In this document: piece after piece, positions 43,216 to 56,967 of the stretch
Numbering within the stretch: position 1 is the stretch's first letter
How the letters are laid out: every line of letters begins with the position of its first letter
Source: Perna viridis
Taxonomy: Eukaryota
Assembly: GCA_037379345.1 (NCBI GenBank)
Contig: CM074514.1
Span: 22,630,001 to 22,694,000 of the forward strand
Length of the DNA: 64,000 nucleotides
Direction: 5' to 3'
The notes under the pieces: model-generated
The model's input: only the letters and a program-made list of their open reading frames with translations
Told to the model about the DNA's origin: nothing
Database searches by the model: none
Program-made: the position numbers and the translations under genes

Positions 43216-45490
43216 ATGGTTCCTTACCATTTTCAAATAAAGATGATGACATGTTTATATTTGATGATGACAGTAACACTAGCGATCCTGCCCAATCACC
43301 ATCACACGGAGATGAATCAGGGTTGTCTGACATTGGTAGTCCTCCCATCATACCTCAAGCACCAAGTCCACCAAATCTAAACAAAGGGCAGAAACTCTTC
43401 CATACCTCTAATTTCCAAGCTAATGTTGCTAAATTACCAGTAGTGACAACACAGACTTTTACTCTGAGTAACACACCCAATGTGTTAAACAATGGTGGAA
43501 ACTATTCAATTGCTCAAGTGAAAAATGGAAACAATTTTGTGACCAAAGTTCGACCTAAAAAATCAAATAGACCAAAACCTCAGTCTAAATCTAAAGTGAT
43601 AAAATTCCATGAGTATAAAGGACCTCCAAATGTTGTGAAGAGTACAAATCCGACGTCTTCTGCAACAACACAAGATAAATCAGAAACACCATATCATATT
43701 CTTCTTCAGCAACAACAGTTATATCTGCAGTGGCAGTTGGAATTTAATGGTAGTAACAACATAACTGTTAACAAAATTGACAAACCGGTGCCAAGTGTTG
43801 TCATTACAACAGCTTCAACTTCTCCAATAACAGTGACATCACCAGTGTCTATGACTACATCACAAGGACAAATGCCAAGTTTGGCAGTGACACAGGCAAT
43901 GACCTCACCACCGAGTCAAAGTTTGTTAGGGTCACAAGGTAGTATTATTACAACAGTGTCTGCACCTCCTAATATTCAAACTAAAATAATGCCACCAGCG
44001 GTTGTGCAAACATCAACATCACCAATTTGTCAACCGCAGGTTCAGCTTAACCCAAACAAACCAATAACTACAAAAATCATTCAAAATAAACCACTCTCTA
44101 ATCTGGAGGATATGAAAGTAGCAGACCTGAAGGCAGAATTAAAGAAGCGTAATTTGCCTGTATCTGGACCTAAACCACAACTGATTGAGAGACTGAAGCC
44201 ATATGCTGATACTATCATACCAAACATTAACAGTTCTTCAAAGAATATATCAGCTTTGTCAAAGTTACCAGTTCAGGCAGTTGTAAATGTGAAAAAATTT
44301 CCTGTTGTCAAATCTGATGATATTTCAATGCACAATAGTAGTTCTCCAACTTCACCAAGAAGTTTGGAATCTTTCATGCCATTATCTCCAGAAATCATGG
44401 AAATGGTGACTTCACCACAGGCAAGTTCATTGAATGTACAACAACAGAATAATATAAATGCTAGTCAGGGTTCTATACCAATGGCCATAGACAACTCCAG
44501 GCCTCCATCAGTTGCTCCTTTGGATATAGCTATGGAAGTGGATCAGCCACCAGACCCATCTAATATCATTCAACAGAGTTTTAATCAGAGTAACTTATCT
44601 CCATCATCATCCACTATAACTCTTGTAACATCACCTACACAACAACAAGTTCAGTTGATTCAGACACCCATGGATCAGGGACAACCTCATACAATTCAGA
44701 TGGTCGCACCAAAGGTACCTCAACTCCCTGTTACAAATAAAATAGTTGAGCCAGCATCACCTGAACAGCTTCTCAACCAGGAGATGTTACAACAACAGAG
44801 ACATAAAATATCAGAACTTCAGAGACAGCTAGAAGAGTCACAGATGAGGTTAAAACTTCAACAAATTCATCATCAACATTTGCAAAAACAGCAACAGCAG
44901 TTAAACAAGCTTCAACAGCAAACTGCTCAGTTGAATCAAATTCAACAGACACACTTGTTGCAACAACCTAATTCACCTCCTATGCCAGTGAGCTCCCAGA
45001 TGTTACAACAACAAGTGTCGCCTTCAGTTGTGGTAAATTCTACCTTATCACCACAACAGAATACTGTAACACCTCCATTGACAGCTAAAACAAATATGAT
45101 ACAACCAACATCTCCACCACAGGCTGTTGGTACTGTGATAGGCAATCCACCAACCCAGATATTGCCTTTACCTGTTTCTCAGGCTGCATCTGAAGGAACT
45201 ACAATACTACAGATTCCTCTTAATGCATTACAGAATGCTACTCGTCTGACCACAGCTGATGCCTTAAAGGCAGTCAATGCATCAATAAAGCCTCCAGCTA
45301 GCACCATTAATACTGTTAATGGTCAGGCTCCAAAAGTATCAATGCCAAATATACTAGGAAATCAAGTGTTGCATCATAGTCTAAATTTAGGGAATCCAAC
45401 TACAAGTCTGTCTTCATTAATCAACATACAGTCACTGCAGACCCAGTCAGGGAAACCAATTAATGGACTTACCAGTGTACAACAGCAGAG
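43216..45490 (+). CDS. MRTF: MRTF exon F (2275 nt): B1 basic region, Q region, SAP domain, coiled coil
   Basis: tttttag|...|gtaagt. B1 KSKVIKFHEYKGPP, Q region YHILLQQQQLYLQWQL, SAP NLEDMKVADLKAELKKRNLPVSGPKPQLIERLK, and coiled coil QQQRHKISELQRQLEESQMRL. Confidence 0.97.
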
Positions 45491-45613
45491 GTAAGTTCTC
45501 TATGATAGCAGGACAAAGTTATTGGGGAAGTATCTAATAGACAATAACTTCATGAATAAAAGTACAACATACTCTTGCCTTTTAGTAAGTGGATTCAAGA
45601 GACTCATAATATC

Positions 45614-45872
45614 CTCCACACTGTGTGTTGAGTTCACCATACTGTGGGATGATTTCACCATACTGTTGGTTGAGTTCATGATACTGTGGGATTATTTCAC
45701 CACACTGTGGGTTGAGTTTACCATACTGTGGGATTATTTCACCACACTGTGGGTTGAGTTCACCATACTGTGGTATTATTTCACCACACTGTGGGTTGAG
45801 TTCACCATACTATGGGATGATTTCACCACACTGTGGGTTGAGTTCACCATACTGTGGGATGATTTCACCTCT
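45614..45872. repeat. 42-bp (2 x 21-bp) minisatellite
   Basis: Alternating caccacactgtgggttgagtt / caccatactgtgggattattt, about 6 dimers. Confidence 0.92.
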
Positions 45873-46211
45873 GTGTTATTTATTTTTCTTTAAGTATTGA
45901 TATTTGAATGTTGTGAAATTGTATAATAACAAACTATTATTTTTTTATTATAAATGTAACAGGTACGTGATAGTAAATGTGCTGAATTTAAAGGTAAATG
46001 AACAAAGTTGACATTTAACAAGTGTTAAGATGCTCATATTTACTACAGGAAATTTACAAAGTCTAGATATGGAATATATTGAATATGAATTTTAAAATCA
46101 TGTTCTTAGCTAGAAAAAGTTTTAATCAGGAATGACTACTGTTGATAACTGTTTTAAGGACAATATTTTTAAACAGAAATATCTTATGATTATGGTTAAC
46201 AACTGTTTCAG

Positions 46212-46347
46212 AGCTATATCTGTACCATCATCACCAGTTGAAGGGAAGACAAGCATAGCCAGAGCAAAATCTAATCCTTTCTTTATACCATCTAAAGAGC
46301 CTCCAAAATATGATGAAGCTGTTAAAAATATGCAGAATCTTGCTCAG
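46212..46347 (+). CDS. MRTF: MRTF exon G, contains PPxY motif
   Basis: tgtttcag|...|gtttgt. Phase 2 matches exon F. Encodes RAISVPSSP...KEPPKYDEAVKNMQNLAQ (conserved EPPxY[DE]EA). Confidence 0.9.
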
Positions 46348-46368
46348 GTTTGTATACTTGAAGGTATA

Positions 46369-46572
46369 TACTATGAAAGTACTATTGCTTGTGGGGAACC
46401 AATTTTCCTGTTTTTTTGTGTGTAGGCCAACCACAAAATTTGGTTCACAGCAAAAATGAGATTTCTGTTGATGTGTAAAACCTCAAAACCACAAATTCAA
46501 AAATCAACTGATATGTATTTCTTTCCTAATCCAAGAAAATTGGTATCCATGAATTAAGGTACTTTCACAGTA
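46369..46572. mobile_element. Short MITE
   Basis: Imperfect TIRs tactatgaaagtac / gtactttcacagta, with internal inverted accaattttc / gaaaattggt. Confidence 0.7.
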
Positions 46573-46729
46573 TATGATAAACATGCCTATTACAAGCATG
46601 TTAGTCCCATCAATGTTGTGTGATGTGAACAATATTAATGAGTTTTTTAAGAGATTTTATTGTATATAGCCCAATGAACTAGTGAACATTTTCAAAAACT
46701 TTTGAATGTAAACATTAATGAAAACTATA

Positions 46730-47165
46730 GAAGTAGCAATAGCAAAATTGCCAACAAGGGTAAGATCTGTAGACAAAACAAGGGTAAGATCTTTAGACAA
46801 AACAAGGGTAAGATCTGTAGACAAAAAAAGGGTAAGATCTGCAGATAAAACAATATGGCAACTTCAAATGTACAACTAAACAAAGAACAAATAGAATAAA
46901 CACAAAAAAAAACCAAAATATACACAGAAAAACAGACAGCACAAACCAGACCAAAAATTAGTGCTCTGGAAGGATACACAGTTCCTGCTTTTTTCAAAAC
47001 ACCCATTGTGTTGCTCTTTTAAGGTCATGTCCAATGAAAAGGGAAGTATCTGTCTATGACTGATGGAGTTCTCATATTGGAAACAGATACTCCATATCAA
47101 TCAATCCGGTCATGGTGATGACCAATACATCGTTGTCCCAGTAGCTTTTGTGTAAACCACTGACC
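46730..47165 (-). mobile_element. Older relative of the RT-tail element, with 24-bp tandem repeats at its 3' end
   Basis: The minus strand reads TQKLLGQ..GHHHDRID*YGVSVSNM. Four copies of aagggtaagatct at 46756-46840. Confidence 0.5.
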
Positions 47166-47220
47166 CTTGCCTAAAATTTGATCAATATTGCATAATAGAG
47201 AAAGACTTGCATGCAATCTG

Positions 47221-47488
47221 TATTGACCAAGTGACATACCTCGTGATTCGGTATTACTTATTGGTATTGACCAAGTGACATACCTCATGATTCGGTATTA
47301 CTTATATGTATTGACCAAGTGACATACCTCATGATTCGGTATTACTTATTGCCATACCAAAAGAACAAAAGATTGATTTTACTGAGAGAACTACTAGTAG
47401 ATAAAACTAGGATTGACAGATTGAACAAAAGAGTGATTTTACTGAGGTGACTACTAGTAGATGGAACTAGGATTGACAGATTGAACAA
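47221..47488. repeat. 44-bp x3 and 60-bp x2 tandem duplications
   Basis: tattgaccaagtgacatacctc at 47221, 47265 and 47309. actactagtagat..aactaggattgacagattgaacaa occurs twice. Confidence 0.88.
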
Positions 47489-47505
47489 TACTCTCAATTG
47501 AACAG

Positions 47506-48016
47506 GCCCCGTGCAGGTCCGGGTGTTAAAAGAATAGGCCTGCAGCAGCGCTAAGCTTGTCGTAAAAGGCAACTAAATAGTGCTCAGAAACCTAGCCGGG
47601 GGCTAGGCGCTCTGCCCACAGAGCAACTGGGATGTGTGCCCCAGGTGGTGGAATGGGGTACCCCTGGCGTGTTACATGCTGGGGTTGTCAGGCTATAATA
47701 CGGAAAACCTGACCGCAAACCATAGTGGTGCACCGTGTTGGGAAAGATGCCATGTTCCTCGCACGTTAAAGAACCCTGCTGTGGTATTCGATAGGAGTAG
47801 GAACCTTTGCACTCCGCCACAGGAGGCTAAATTGCCCGACCTTACCCATCCCCCCTTTTTCCAGTGGCAATCAAAATTTGTCAACCCTATTATCCTTGTG
47901 TCCCATCCTTTTTTTTTCATTTCATGTTCATTTAATCATCCGTTTCATGTTCATCGTCTGAATATAGCTGAAATATTGCTGCTCGGACGTTAAACCCCGA
48001 CAAACAAACAAACAAA
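47506..48016 (+). mobile_element. SINE-like non-autonomous retroposon with 13-bp TSD and (CAAA)n tail
   Basis: CTCAATTGAACAG at 47493-47505 and 48017-48029. The 3' end reads ggacgttaaaccccga(caaa)4. GC- and CpG-rich relative to the flanks. Confidence 0.88.
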
Positions 48017-48578
48017 CTCAATTGAACAGCACTTAAATATTGACTGTAATTTGTTTGTCTTGGAAGTTGGTATCTGAGTTATGTCAATAACTTGTGACAA
48101 CAGATAATCTACACATGAACCATGTATCCTTGACTAAATTATAGAAAACTTGGTTAATTGATTATGCACTTCAGTAATATAGCATATGTATATATATTTT
48201 CATTTAATGACCATGGACTTGTTCCAACATTAAATATTCTCACTTGTATTAAAGGCCAATATCGATGTTGGTCAATCCTTCACACATGCCTGTCATTAAA
48301 AAAATGAACACTTCCTGATGTATTAGGTTCTATATAAAATATTTGTAACATTTTTATGATGGGCCAAAATGATCATTCTGATCTGACAGTGCCATAATTG
48401 CATGATGTTAAAGCTTTACTGAGCCAACTTTTGTTTTATATTTATCATATTATGTTTGCTGGGTTTTTCTCTAATCTTTTCCATTACATTCTATGATATT
48501 GTGCTTTTAAATGTTTGAATTACGATACCACAACTTTCAAATTCATCTTGACTTATTGCATTGCTGATATTTTTTTAG

Positions 48579-48708
48579 AGTGGACTTGTACTGAAAACTG
48601 AACCTGGTGTACCACAAACAACACAGTCCATGACAAAGAGCATTAGTACACCTATCATAAAGAGTCAAGCCATGGATGATGTCTTAGAAATACTTATTAG
48701 AAATGGGG
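48579..48708 (+). CDS. MRTF: MRTF exon H
   Basis: ttttttag|...|gtaggt. Encodes SGLVLKTEPG...IKSQAMDDVLEILIRNG, matching the conserved SQxMDDxxxILIxxGE motif. It is not in the supplied ORF track. Confidence 0.9.
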
Positions 48709-48975
48709 GTAGGTTGTATTGAATGGTAAATTTTGTACAGCATTTCTAGTAGTTAGTTGCTAAATTATCATAAATACTTAGTCTTACACAGTCCCTCTTT
48801 ATTTCAAGCCTATAATACTTGATTAAATGAAAAATAGCCTATGAAACAATGGTAATGAGTATAAAAGCTCTGTGATACTTTTCATTGAAAAAATAACAGG
48901 ATATATGATGAACTTATCTTGTTAACGTGACAAGCGTTTCTTCAGTGTTATGTTTAAATGTAATTTCTCTTTCAG

Positions 48976-49748
48976 AGTTACCTCCTAGTGCTGCACAGGA
49001 ACCCCCTCCCACACCAAAGACCACACCACAAAGCATATCTACATCCACACTAAATAGTGCCACAAGTTCTCTTGTTGGAATATCATCAAGTGCTATTGGA
49101 CACTTCCCACAGTTTACTATGACACTTGCATCGTCGATGCCTTTAACAACAACGACAAGTGTTAGTGATGTAGTTTCCTCTTTATTGAACAGTAGTCCAT
49201 CAGTTTCTGTAATCAAAACAGAACCAGAAACTCCTGTTGCTATGACATCAACATCAGATATTTGTACATCTGATATTTTAGACATAAATGAAATGTTGAA
49301 TCAGGATTTGACTTCAATGGATTGGACTTCTGATTCTCCTTTTACACAGTTAGACTTAAATGATGGAACATGTCTGCCATCAGACTTTGATAAAAATAAC
49401 CAATCAAAAGACTTCTTACATGTTCCCCCTTGTGATAATTCTAAACAAGGAACAAATCATGGTTCAGAACCTGACATTGCTGCACTTGGAATCAATGACC
49501 TTGAAAATTCTCAGAACATAAACATGCAGATGGATGTATCTGATTGGTTGGATGTGATTATGCCTAGTACTGGGTTAACCCCACTCAGTGCCAATGCTCC
49601 CATTCAGTTCCCATCTGATCCTATTCTAACTCCCAGAACACAAGATGAAGTCTTGGATTTGTTTACATTTGAAGATACAGATTTAACTCATGCAGATATA
49701 CAAAGTGGGTTAAACTGGGAGAAACTGACTGAAACAAACATTAACTAG
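48976..49748 (+). CDS. MRTF: MRTF terminal coding exon, acidic transactivation region
   Basis: ctctttcag| phase 1. Encodes ELPPSAAQEPPPTP...MDVSDWLDV...LNWEKLTETNIN, with stop TAG at 49746-49748. Exons A-I sum to 3920 nt (+1 nt from upstream = whole codons). Confidence 0.92.
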
Positions 49749-50877
49749 TGAAATGTGGAGAATCTAATCTCAGTTTTGTAGGTTGCAATTTTACAATTTA
49801 TTTTATTGTTGCTTTTTGCAGCTTTGGACCAATTTAGTGCAATGGGAGAAGTGTTAATTTGATGATTCCCTAAGCTTATCTTGCAGTGCTATGTTTTTGT
49901 TATTTTATTGTATTTATTGTTCAAATTTTATATTTATTCTGATGCAGCTACGAGCATACCTTTAAGGTCATTGTATTTGGAAGATTTCTTTTTTATATCA
50001 AAATGTCTCTTAAATTTTTGACACAAGTTACCTTCTTATGAATGAGATACCCTTAGAACTTACATTAATTTTTTTTTTTATAAGTAACCTCGCCAGGAAA
50101 GAATCTTATTTTCTCCAAGTATTTTAACCTATTGAGGTACCTTGATAGCTGTATTTTGTGTGGTCCAATTTGTAAATATATATTTATCGAGTGGGTGTGC
50201 GCCAGTGCTGACAAAAGTTTTGTTATGTGTTTTGGGTCCATACTTATCGGATTGTTCATATTGTTGCATTTTGATTTTTTACTTTTGTAACAAAACTTTT
50301 GTGAACAAGCTTTTCCCCTTAATCACTAATTTATTCATGATGTCATCATCTTTATGTTTTCTATGAGCATTCCATCATAATATAACAGGAATACCTTTGA
50401 CCTGTATTGTTTGGTTCCAGGTCAACCTATTTATAACTGTCATTGGTATTTAGTGTGAGTTTGAAGGATACAAAAAAAAAAACGCTAAACAGACATAAAA
50501 CTTATTTGATTTCTCAAATAGTTGAGGTAGATTATACCTATTACATAAAGCACCATTTGTGGCTTCCTGCACATCTGTGAAGAAGTATGTTTTTGACAAG
50601 CAAACACTTTCAAATAATGCAAAAGTCATACAACAATTCTGTGACCAGATAATTGTTGTAAAGAATATGAAAGCATATCAGAAAAAATTGTTATTTTTGT
50701 TGTTCTTAATTAATAGATATCAAATTTTTCAAATTGAAATTTATATCAATCTTCCTGAAAAAAAATATTGGGTATTGTCCTTTCAAGCAATACAGTGTAT
50801 CAATTTTGAATTGTCAGTTGAGTTTTTGCACTATCTCTTTGTAATATGTACATGTATTTTAAAATACATATCAACTA

Positions 50878-51743
50878 CAGTGAAACTTCTCCAAACCAGA
50901 CCCTCAGAAAAGCGGTCTTCCCTTCAAACCAGCCGTTTTCAAAAGTCCCGGCCGATATACCTTAAAACCTATGTGTTTTGTCTTCAATAGACCGGCCACC
51001 CCCTTATACCGTACATCTGTCATTTTTTTTCAGTTTTAGTTACATATTTCAAATAAAAACAACCTCACAATTCCACCTGCCCGATTATTGTTCACATGCA
51101 ATAAATGTGTCAACAAAACTGTAAATGACTACGTAATATTAAGTAATTGATAATTCATTTACTGACTGGTTTTCATTTCATCAGTGGACAGATGATAATT
51201 GAAGGGGACAGTAGTTTAAACAACAAATTTAATCCAGTCGTTACATTTTGTCACTGATTGGTGTTAATTGTTGTGTACATACGTCAGGCAACTGGAGTCA
51301 TTTAATACATGTAGTACGATCTTGACGATCTTTTAACTGTCAATTAATGTGACCTGTGCCCAAGCTAAAACAACATAGGGGTGAAATTATTAGACTTTGT
51401 TGATAGGTAATTTACAAAAACAATACAAATAATTAATTACCATCAATAGCCCTTTGATCTTTAATACACATTCTTTCAAAACCATGAACATTATTTTATT
51501 GGCAGTACCGTTTGTAAAATCTAATCATTTACAAATGCAAGCTTAGAAATGTAGGAAAAGGCAAAAAGTTTTGAATCTGCATTAAACAAGTCTTGACCAA
51601 CAAAATGACAATATGTAGGGTTATAGAACACATTAATGGGACAGCTCTTAGAATGCATTGCTATTTTTCACAAAACCGGCCACCCCTATAAACCGGCCAT
51701 TTGTTTTTGTCCCAGTGGTGGCCGGTTTGGAGAAGTTTCACTG
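50878..51743. mobile_element. Tc1/mariner (pogo-like) MITE, 866 bp
   Basis: Perfect 20-bp TIR CAGTGAAACTTCTCCAAACC, TA on both sides, subterminal accggccacccc repeats, and no transposase ORF. Confidence 0.92.
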
Positions 51744-54700
51744 TATTAACAAGCAGAATACTTCATAAGTGTTACCTACCTAAAATTAGCTACTATACAT
51801 GTAATACTCTAAACAGCTTGGGACACAATGAGAACTTTAAATTGCATTGGTGCTGGAGGATATTTTATGATGAGTTCCATGAAAAATTTGTTTGTTAGAC
51901 TACTATTGACTACTGGAACCAATCATTGATACAGGTCATTTTTCTTGGGTTATGGTAACTTTCTGCAAAGTGGCCATACCAGATTTAAAAGTTGTCTGGG
52001 GACCATTGATATGAATTTAAATGAACCAAACTTTGTGAGTCGCCATATGACCACAATCAGAGGGCACATAAATACGACCATTCTATAGAATTAGTTAACA
52101 CGTATGTATGAGGGAATGTAGGGTAGTAACAAGTTATCTGTAAGCTTTATCCTTATATTAGTGGTCTGTTTAATTTGTTGAGTTTTTATACCCTGGTACA
52201 TGTGCTCTATTTGTGTGAGTAATTACCCAATTAGTTTGACTTTAAAGTAACTGCCAGCTTCAATACAACAGTAAGAACTTCAGTTTTTGATTCAGTGGGT
52301 ATTGTATTAGGTTCAGTTGCTTACTCATAATACCTTCACCAGCTTTATTAATTTCTTCTTTTTTTCTTAATCTCCTTACATGTAGGGAAATTTATTCCTA
52401 TCATTTTCTGAATTTGATATATTGTTATAAGTCATGAAGATTACAGATAATTTGATGTAGACTAGATATTGTATGGTTGGTTGTCAGCTAAGTAATGCTC
52501 ACTCTAGCTACTAAAACATTCCCCAAAACTGGTATTACCACTTTGCCTACGTAGTCCCTCATTCCATATGTTCTTTATACATCTTCATGTTTCTGTTTTA
52601 ATGTAAAGAACTTCATTGCCTGCATCTATTACTAATTAAGTTGCACTCCAGATAAGAATCATGCAAAATGTGATTTATAGTTGGAAAGCCTACATATTTT
52701 TATTTTGATATTTTGTTTAAAATGTTGTAGTAAACGAAATTAATTAGGAGATAAAAATTATAGAGAATGTATTTTAGAATTCAAAATTAAGGGAGATAAC
52801 TCTATAAATGACATTAAAATATAATAGAAACCATTGGGTTTTCAATGTGAATTATCTTCTAAGAGCAGACAGATTTGAATGAATGATTTATATCCATTTC
52901 ATCATACAGACATATATAGCAACTTAATAACAAAAATATAAATGTGTAGTCTTTCTTTGGTGTATCACATATTACAGAATTTGCATGATTCTTAGTTAGA
53001 GAACTACTTACTGTTCTGACTTTTAAGGGGGAGGTAGTGCCAAGTTGATAAACTAAAACTAATTTACTAGTAGTTTTTACTTCAGATTTGTATTTTAATA
53101 TTTTTTAGATACACCTTCAAATTTAATGTAGAACAGAATGAATAAAAATACTGTTGACCTATTAATATTAGAAGTGTACTTATTTTGGCTATTTTCATGA
53201 TGATTAAATGAGCTTGAAAAATAATGTTCCTACAAAATTCTTTTTTTTTTTTCAGATCTTGATCTGAAATTGATTATCAGTGTGAGATTTTAACATCTAT
53301 AAACTTTTCATTGGTGAACAGCCCTTAGACTTGTTATGTTTTTATTAATATAGAAGAAAACTTCAGTCACTGTTGGTCTTATTAGGTCAGATTGGGCATT
53401 ACTGGTCTTATCATGTCTTTCAATTAGGTCATTAGTAGAGATAGGATCTTCAAAGTAGTTTCTTTATAAGTTAAATTTTGTACAGTTTGTTAAAATGATT
53501 TTTGAAGGATTAAAGAAGTGCATGTTTGCATACAAATATATATAATTTAATGTGTCCAATGTTAGTAAAATAAACAATTTGTTTTTTGAGCTTCCGATAG
53601 ATGTGTACAGATTTTTGTGCCATAGTAATGAATGATTTTTTTCGTAGAATAGATTTTTTTTTGTAAGATTTAATGATTTTAAACACTGGTTACTAATATT
53701 TTATCGTTATTGGATATTCCTTACCTGTATCTTTGCATGAATAGGTTAGGAATAGTGATTGTCATTTGATATACCTTAAAATCAATTTGCTAAAAATTAA
53801 AAAAATTTATTCAGGAACAGTCTGTACATATGAGCATGCTACTTAAAGGTATCGATATAATAACTGTGATAAACTCCTGTGGTTTGGACCATTTATAAAT
53901 AGATTTAGATTAAATTGTTTTGACTTGCTTATTGAAAAGACATTCACATGTTGTCAAATGTAAAAATGTGATTTTCTTCATAATCTGGTAGAAGTGCCAA
54001 TTAATATTGTTTCCTTTCTAATAAATTAATTGTTTAGTCATAAAAAGTTGCTCATGCCCTAAGTGCACTTTGTGCCTTGATTATTGTTGTTTCTTCATTT
54101 TTTGCTTTTACTTCAGTGAAATGATTATAAGTGTAATTTTTTGTAAGAATCAGGCAAAATGGGAAAAATCAGAAACATGCATGTAAAAAAAAACCAACAA
54201 TCTGAAAATATAATATCACTCAAGGATACTTTCTCTATTTGAAATCTGCATCATTTGATTTGCTAAGAATTTTTCAGTGATTATGTTAGAAGAATGAGGT
54301 TTTTGACTGAGTCATCTGCCCTTGAAATGTTCATTTTCAGTGCATTTCAATGAAATTATATCTCAATTTACCAAAGTGATATGGAAAATCTTGCCTTTTT
54401 TCGTGATTCTGATGATGTTAACAGTCAAATTTAAGTTTTCAAAATGGTGGGTTTTGTCTACCATGTTTCACCTACTGCCTGATTCTTAAAGAGACTGTCA
54501 CTTGATGACTGTAAATTCAGAAATTATTGTGTGTAAATTATCACTATTTCTGGAACATTTTTGGTATATTGATAGTTATTTTCCCCCATTCTAGTGTACT
54601 ACTTTTTAAATTAATGGTTATATAGTAACCAAGACAAATAATTCACAGTAAAAAAGGGTCTTGATTTGATTGCACTGTTCAATAGAAAACATTTAGGTCT

Positions 54701-56967
54701 ATAAAGCTTATTGACGGAATGTCCTGTCTGTTTATAATTTTATAATTCCTTCATGTGATACTACTGTATATTAAGAAATTGTCAAAATTATATTTGAATA
54801 TTTGCGAAATTTAAAATCAACAGTAAAAATAACATAAAATGCTTTTTGTAAGCTTATTGCATGTGTATCTCTCTGTAAAGTAGAGTTTAAGAATTTGGTC
54901 TGAAAATTGTTGTATTTTGATGTGTGTATATTGAAGATTGAACATATTTTCTAAATTAATATATTATTGTTATGTTAGTTTTTGTCTAGATCAAAGTTCT
55001 GTTGCATGACATGAGTGGACTGACATATACGTTGACCAGTGTTAAACCCTAGATATGATAGTGTTGTATATACATTTGATGCTGATATTTGTTACTAACT
55101 TGCCAAATAATGAAATAGTGCAGTTATTTTTGCACTCCAGACACTTTGCAGTAGTTAAAATCGCTCCTTTATAAGAGTTTTTTCCAAACATGATTAAGTA
55201 ATAATGTTGGTATGAACCAAACAAATTAAATAGTTTCTTTCTGTTTAGACTTGAAACTCCCATTTCATTTGTCACGTTTTCATGGTAGTGACATTTTCAG
55301 GGAGAAGGGAAACATTGAAAATGTGTAAATAGAATTAAATGACAATAACTGAACTAACATGACAATAACTTCCATTAATTACATATATGTACAGATATTA
55401 TTTACACATATGTACAAATATTTGAATATTGTTGATCCTGTACATATGTACCATGAGTGTTTAACAGTATTCTTATCATGTGATCAACCTTGTTAGTAGT
55501 TTGTATCGTTATAGCTTTGTTTTCCCAGTGATTTCTTTTTACACGTGTTGTCCGTGTTATATTATAATTAGAAAGATTTGGAACTTTATGTTGGTTTGGA
55601 TTTTAAAACATAATGTTTGCAATTACATACTACACACTGTCACCTCAGCTACTTAACATGAGTTTTCTCCCTTAGTTTTCTAGGCTCCATACAAACATTT
55701 TCTGTTCTCTTAATTTTCATACTTGTTTTACAATTCGGATTATATCCCATAGCTTTATGCTACTGATTATCCTAACCATTTTACTTGTTTTCTTCACATT
55801 CCCTTTCAATTAAATCAATAAGATTAATAATTTCCATTCTTCAACAACTTTCCTCTTATTTAAGCAGTTCATTTTAATAGCATATTTCTTTTTTTAATCA
55901 TTTTTCTTAATTACAGTTAGAAAAGGAAATGATTGTTTCCCCAATATTTCCTGGTAATTATGACCAGATGGTTTATTGACAACAACTTTTCCATTTGTAG
56001 ACTGTTCAATTATTTTAAACAATTACAATGGATCATGTGAACAATCTAAGAGTTGGTTGAATGATGGATATAGTGTTATGCTTATGTCCTTATTATGTCT
56101 CAGAAATCCATTTTGAAAAATGTAATAAGCATTATTTTGTAAAATACTTTGGAAAAATTTCTCATCTAATCTTAGTCATGTTATCATTTACACATGTAAA
56201 CAGCTATATTAAAGTAGTTATGAATATTGATATCCCATAAGTGTAGACAAATTATTTTTTATTTCTGATTTCTACGAATTTTTATGCCTTTTGTTGTGAG
56301 TATAGATTTTCAGCATTGTTTTTGCATTCCATAAAGTAGTATAAACCCATCAATATGTTACAAATGGCACACCATACTTTTTTCCTGGTTAAGGCATGGT
56401 CCTTTAATGATATATCATTTCATACCTTCTGACAAATTTTTATTCTTGTAGTCTTTGGTAGTGTAATATAAAAAATACAAATCATGTACCACAATACAGT
56501 ATTGATACAGTAGCTTGTACCATGTGATCTTGATATGTCAGTTTGATAATGAAATGAATTTTGGTCTGTTGTACAGATAAAGAGATACCTTTCCATAAAT
56601 AAGATAAAATAATGATAGAAAAAACAATGTGATAACGTTTTCTTGTTTGTTACAGCTGAAAAGTTTTTTTTTTATAATAAATACATTTTGATGTACAAAC
56701 TTAATTGAAATTAATGCGAGTCCTGCTTATCACTTTTTTTATTGCCTTCAAAAATCCAGTATCTTATAAGGATTTATAATTCAATGTACAAGAATCTCAT
56801 TTATAGATTCAATAATTATTTCCAACAGGTGATATTTAGGTCACATGGTATAGATAGTTTGTTACAGATTCGTTAATGTTATGTTTTTGTACATATTGTC
56901 TTTAAAAGAATGTGTACAGAACCTGGCTCTTTGTAAATGCATTACACCATGTCATTTCTTAGGTCCA

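Noticed and set aside
45522-45900. 123-aa hydrophobic repeat ORF and overlapping Cys-rich ORF
   Set aside because: These are translations of the 42-bp intronic minisatellite just after the exon F donor.
47584-47993. Overlapping ORFs on both strands
   Set aside because: They are a by-product of the GC-rich retroposon and show no recognisable protein motif.
44942-49285. Minus-strand ORFs at 44942 and 48914
   Set aside because: They are antisense shadows of MRTF coding exons.
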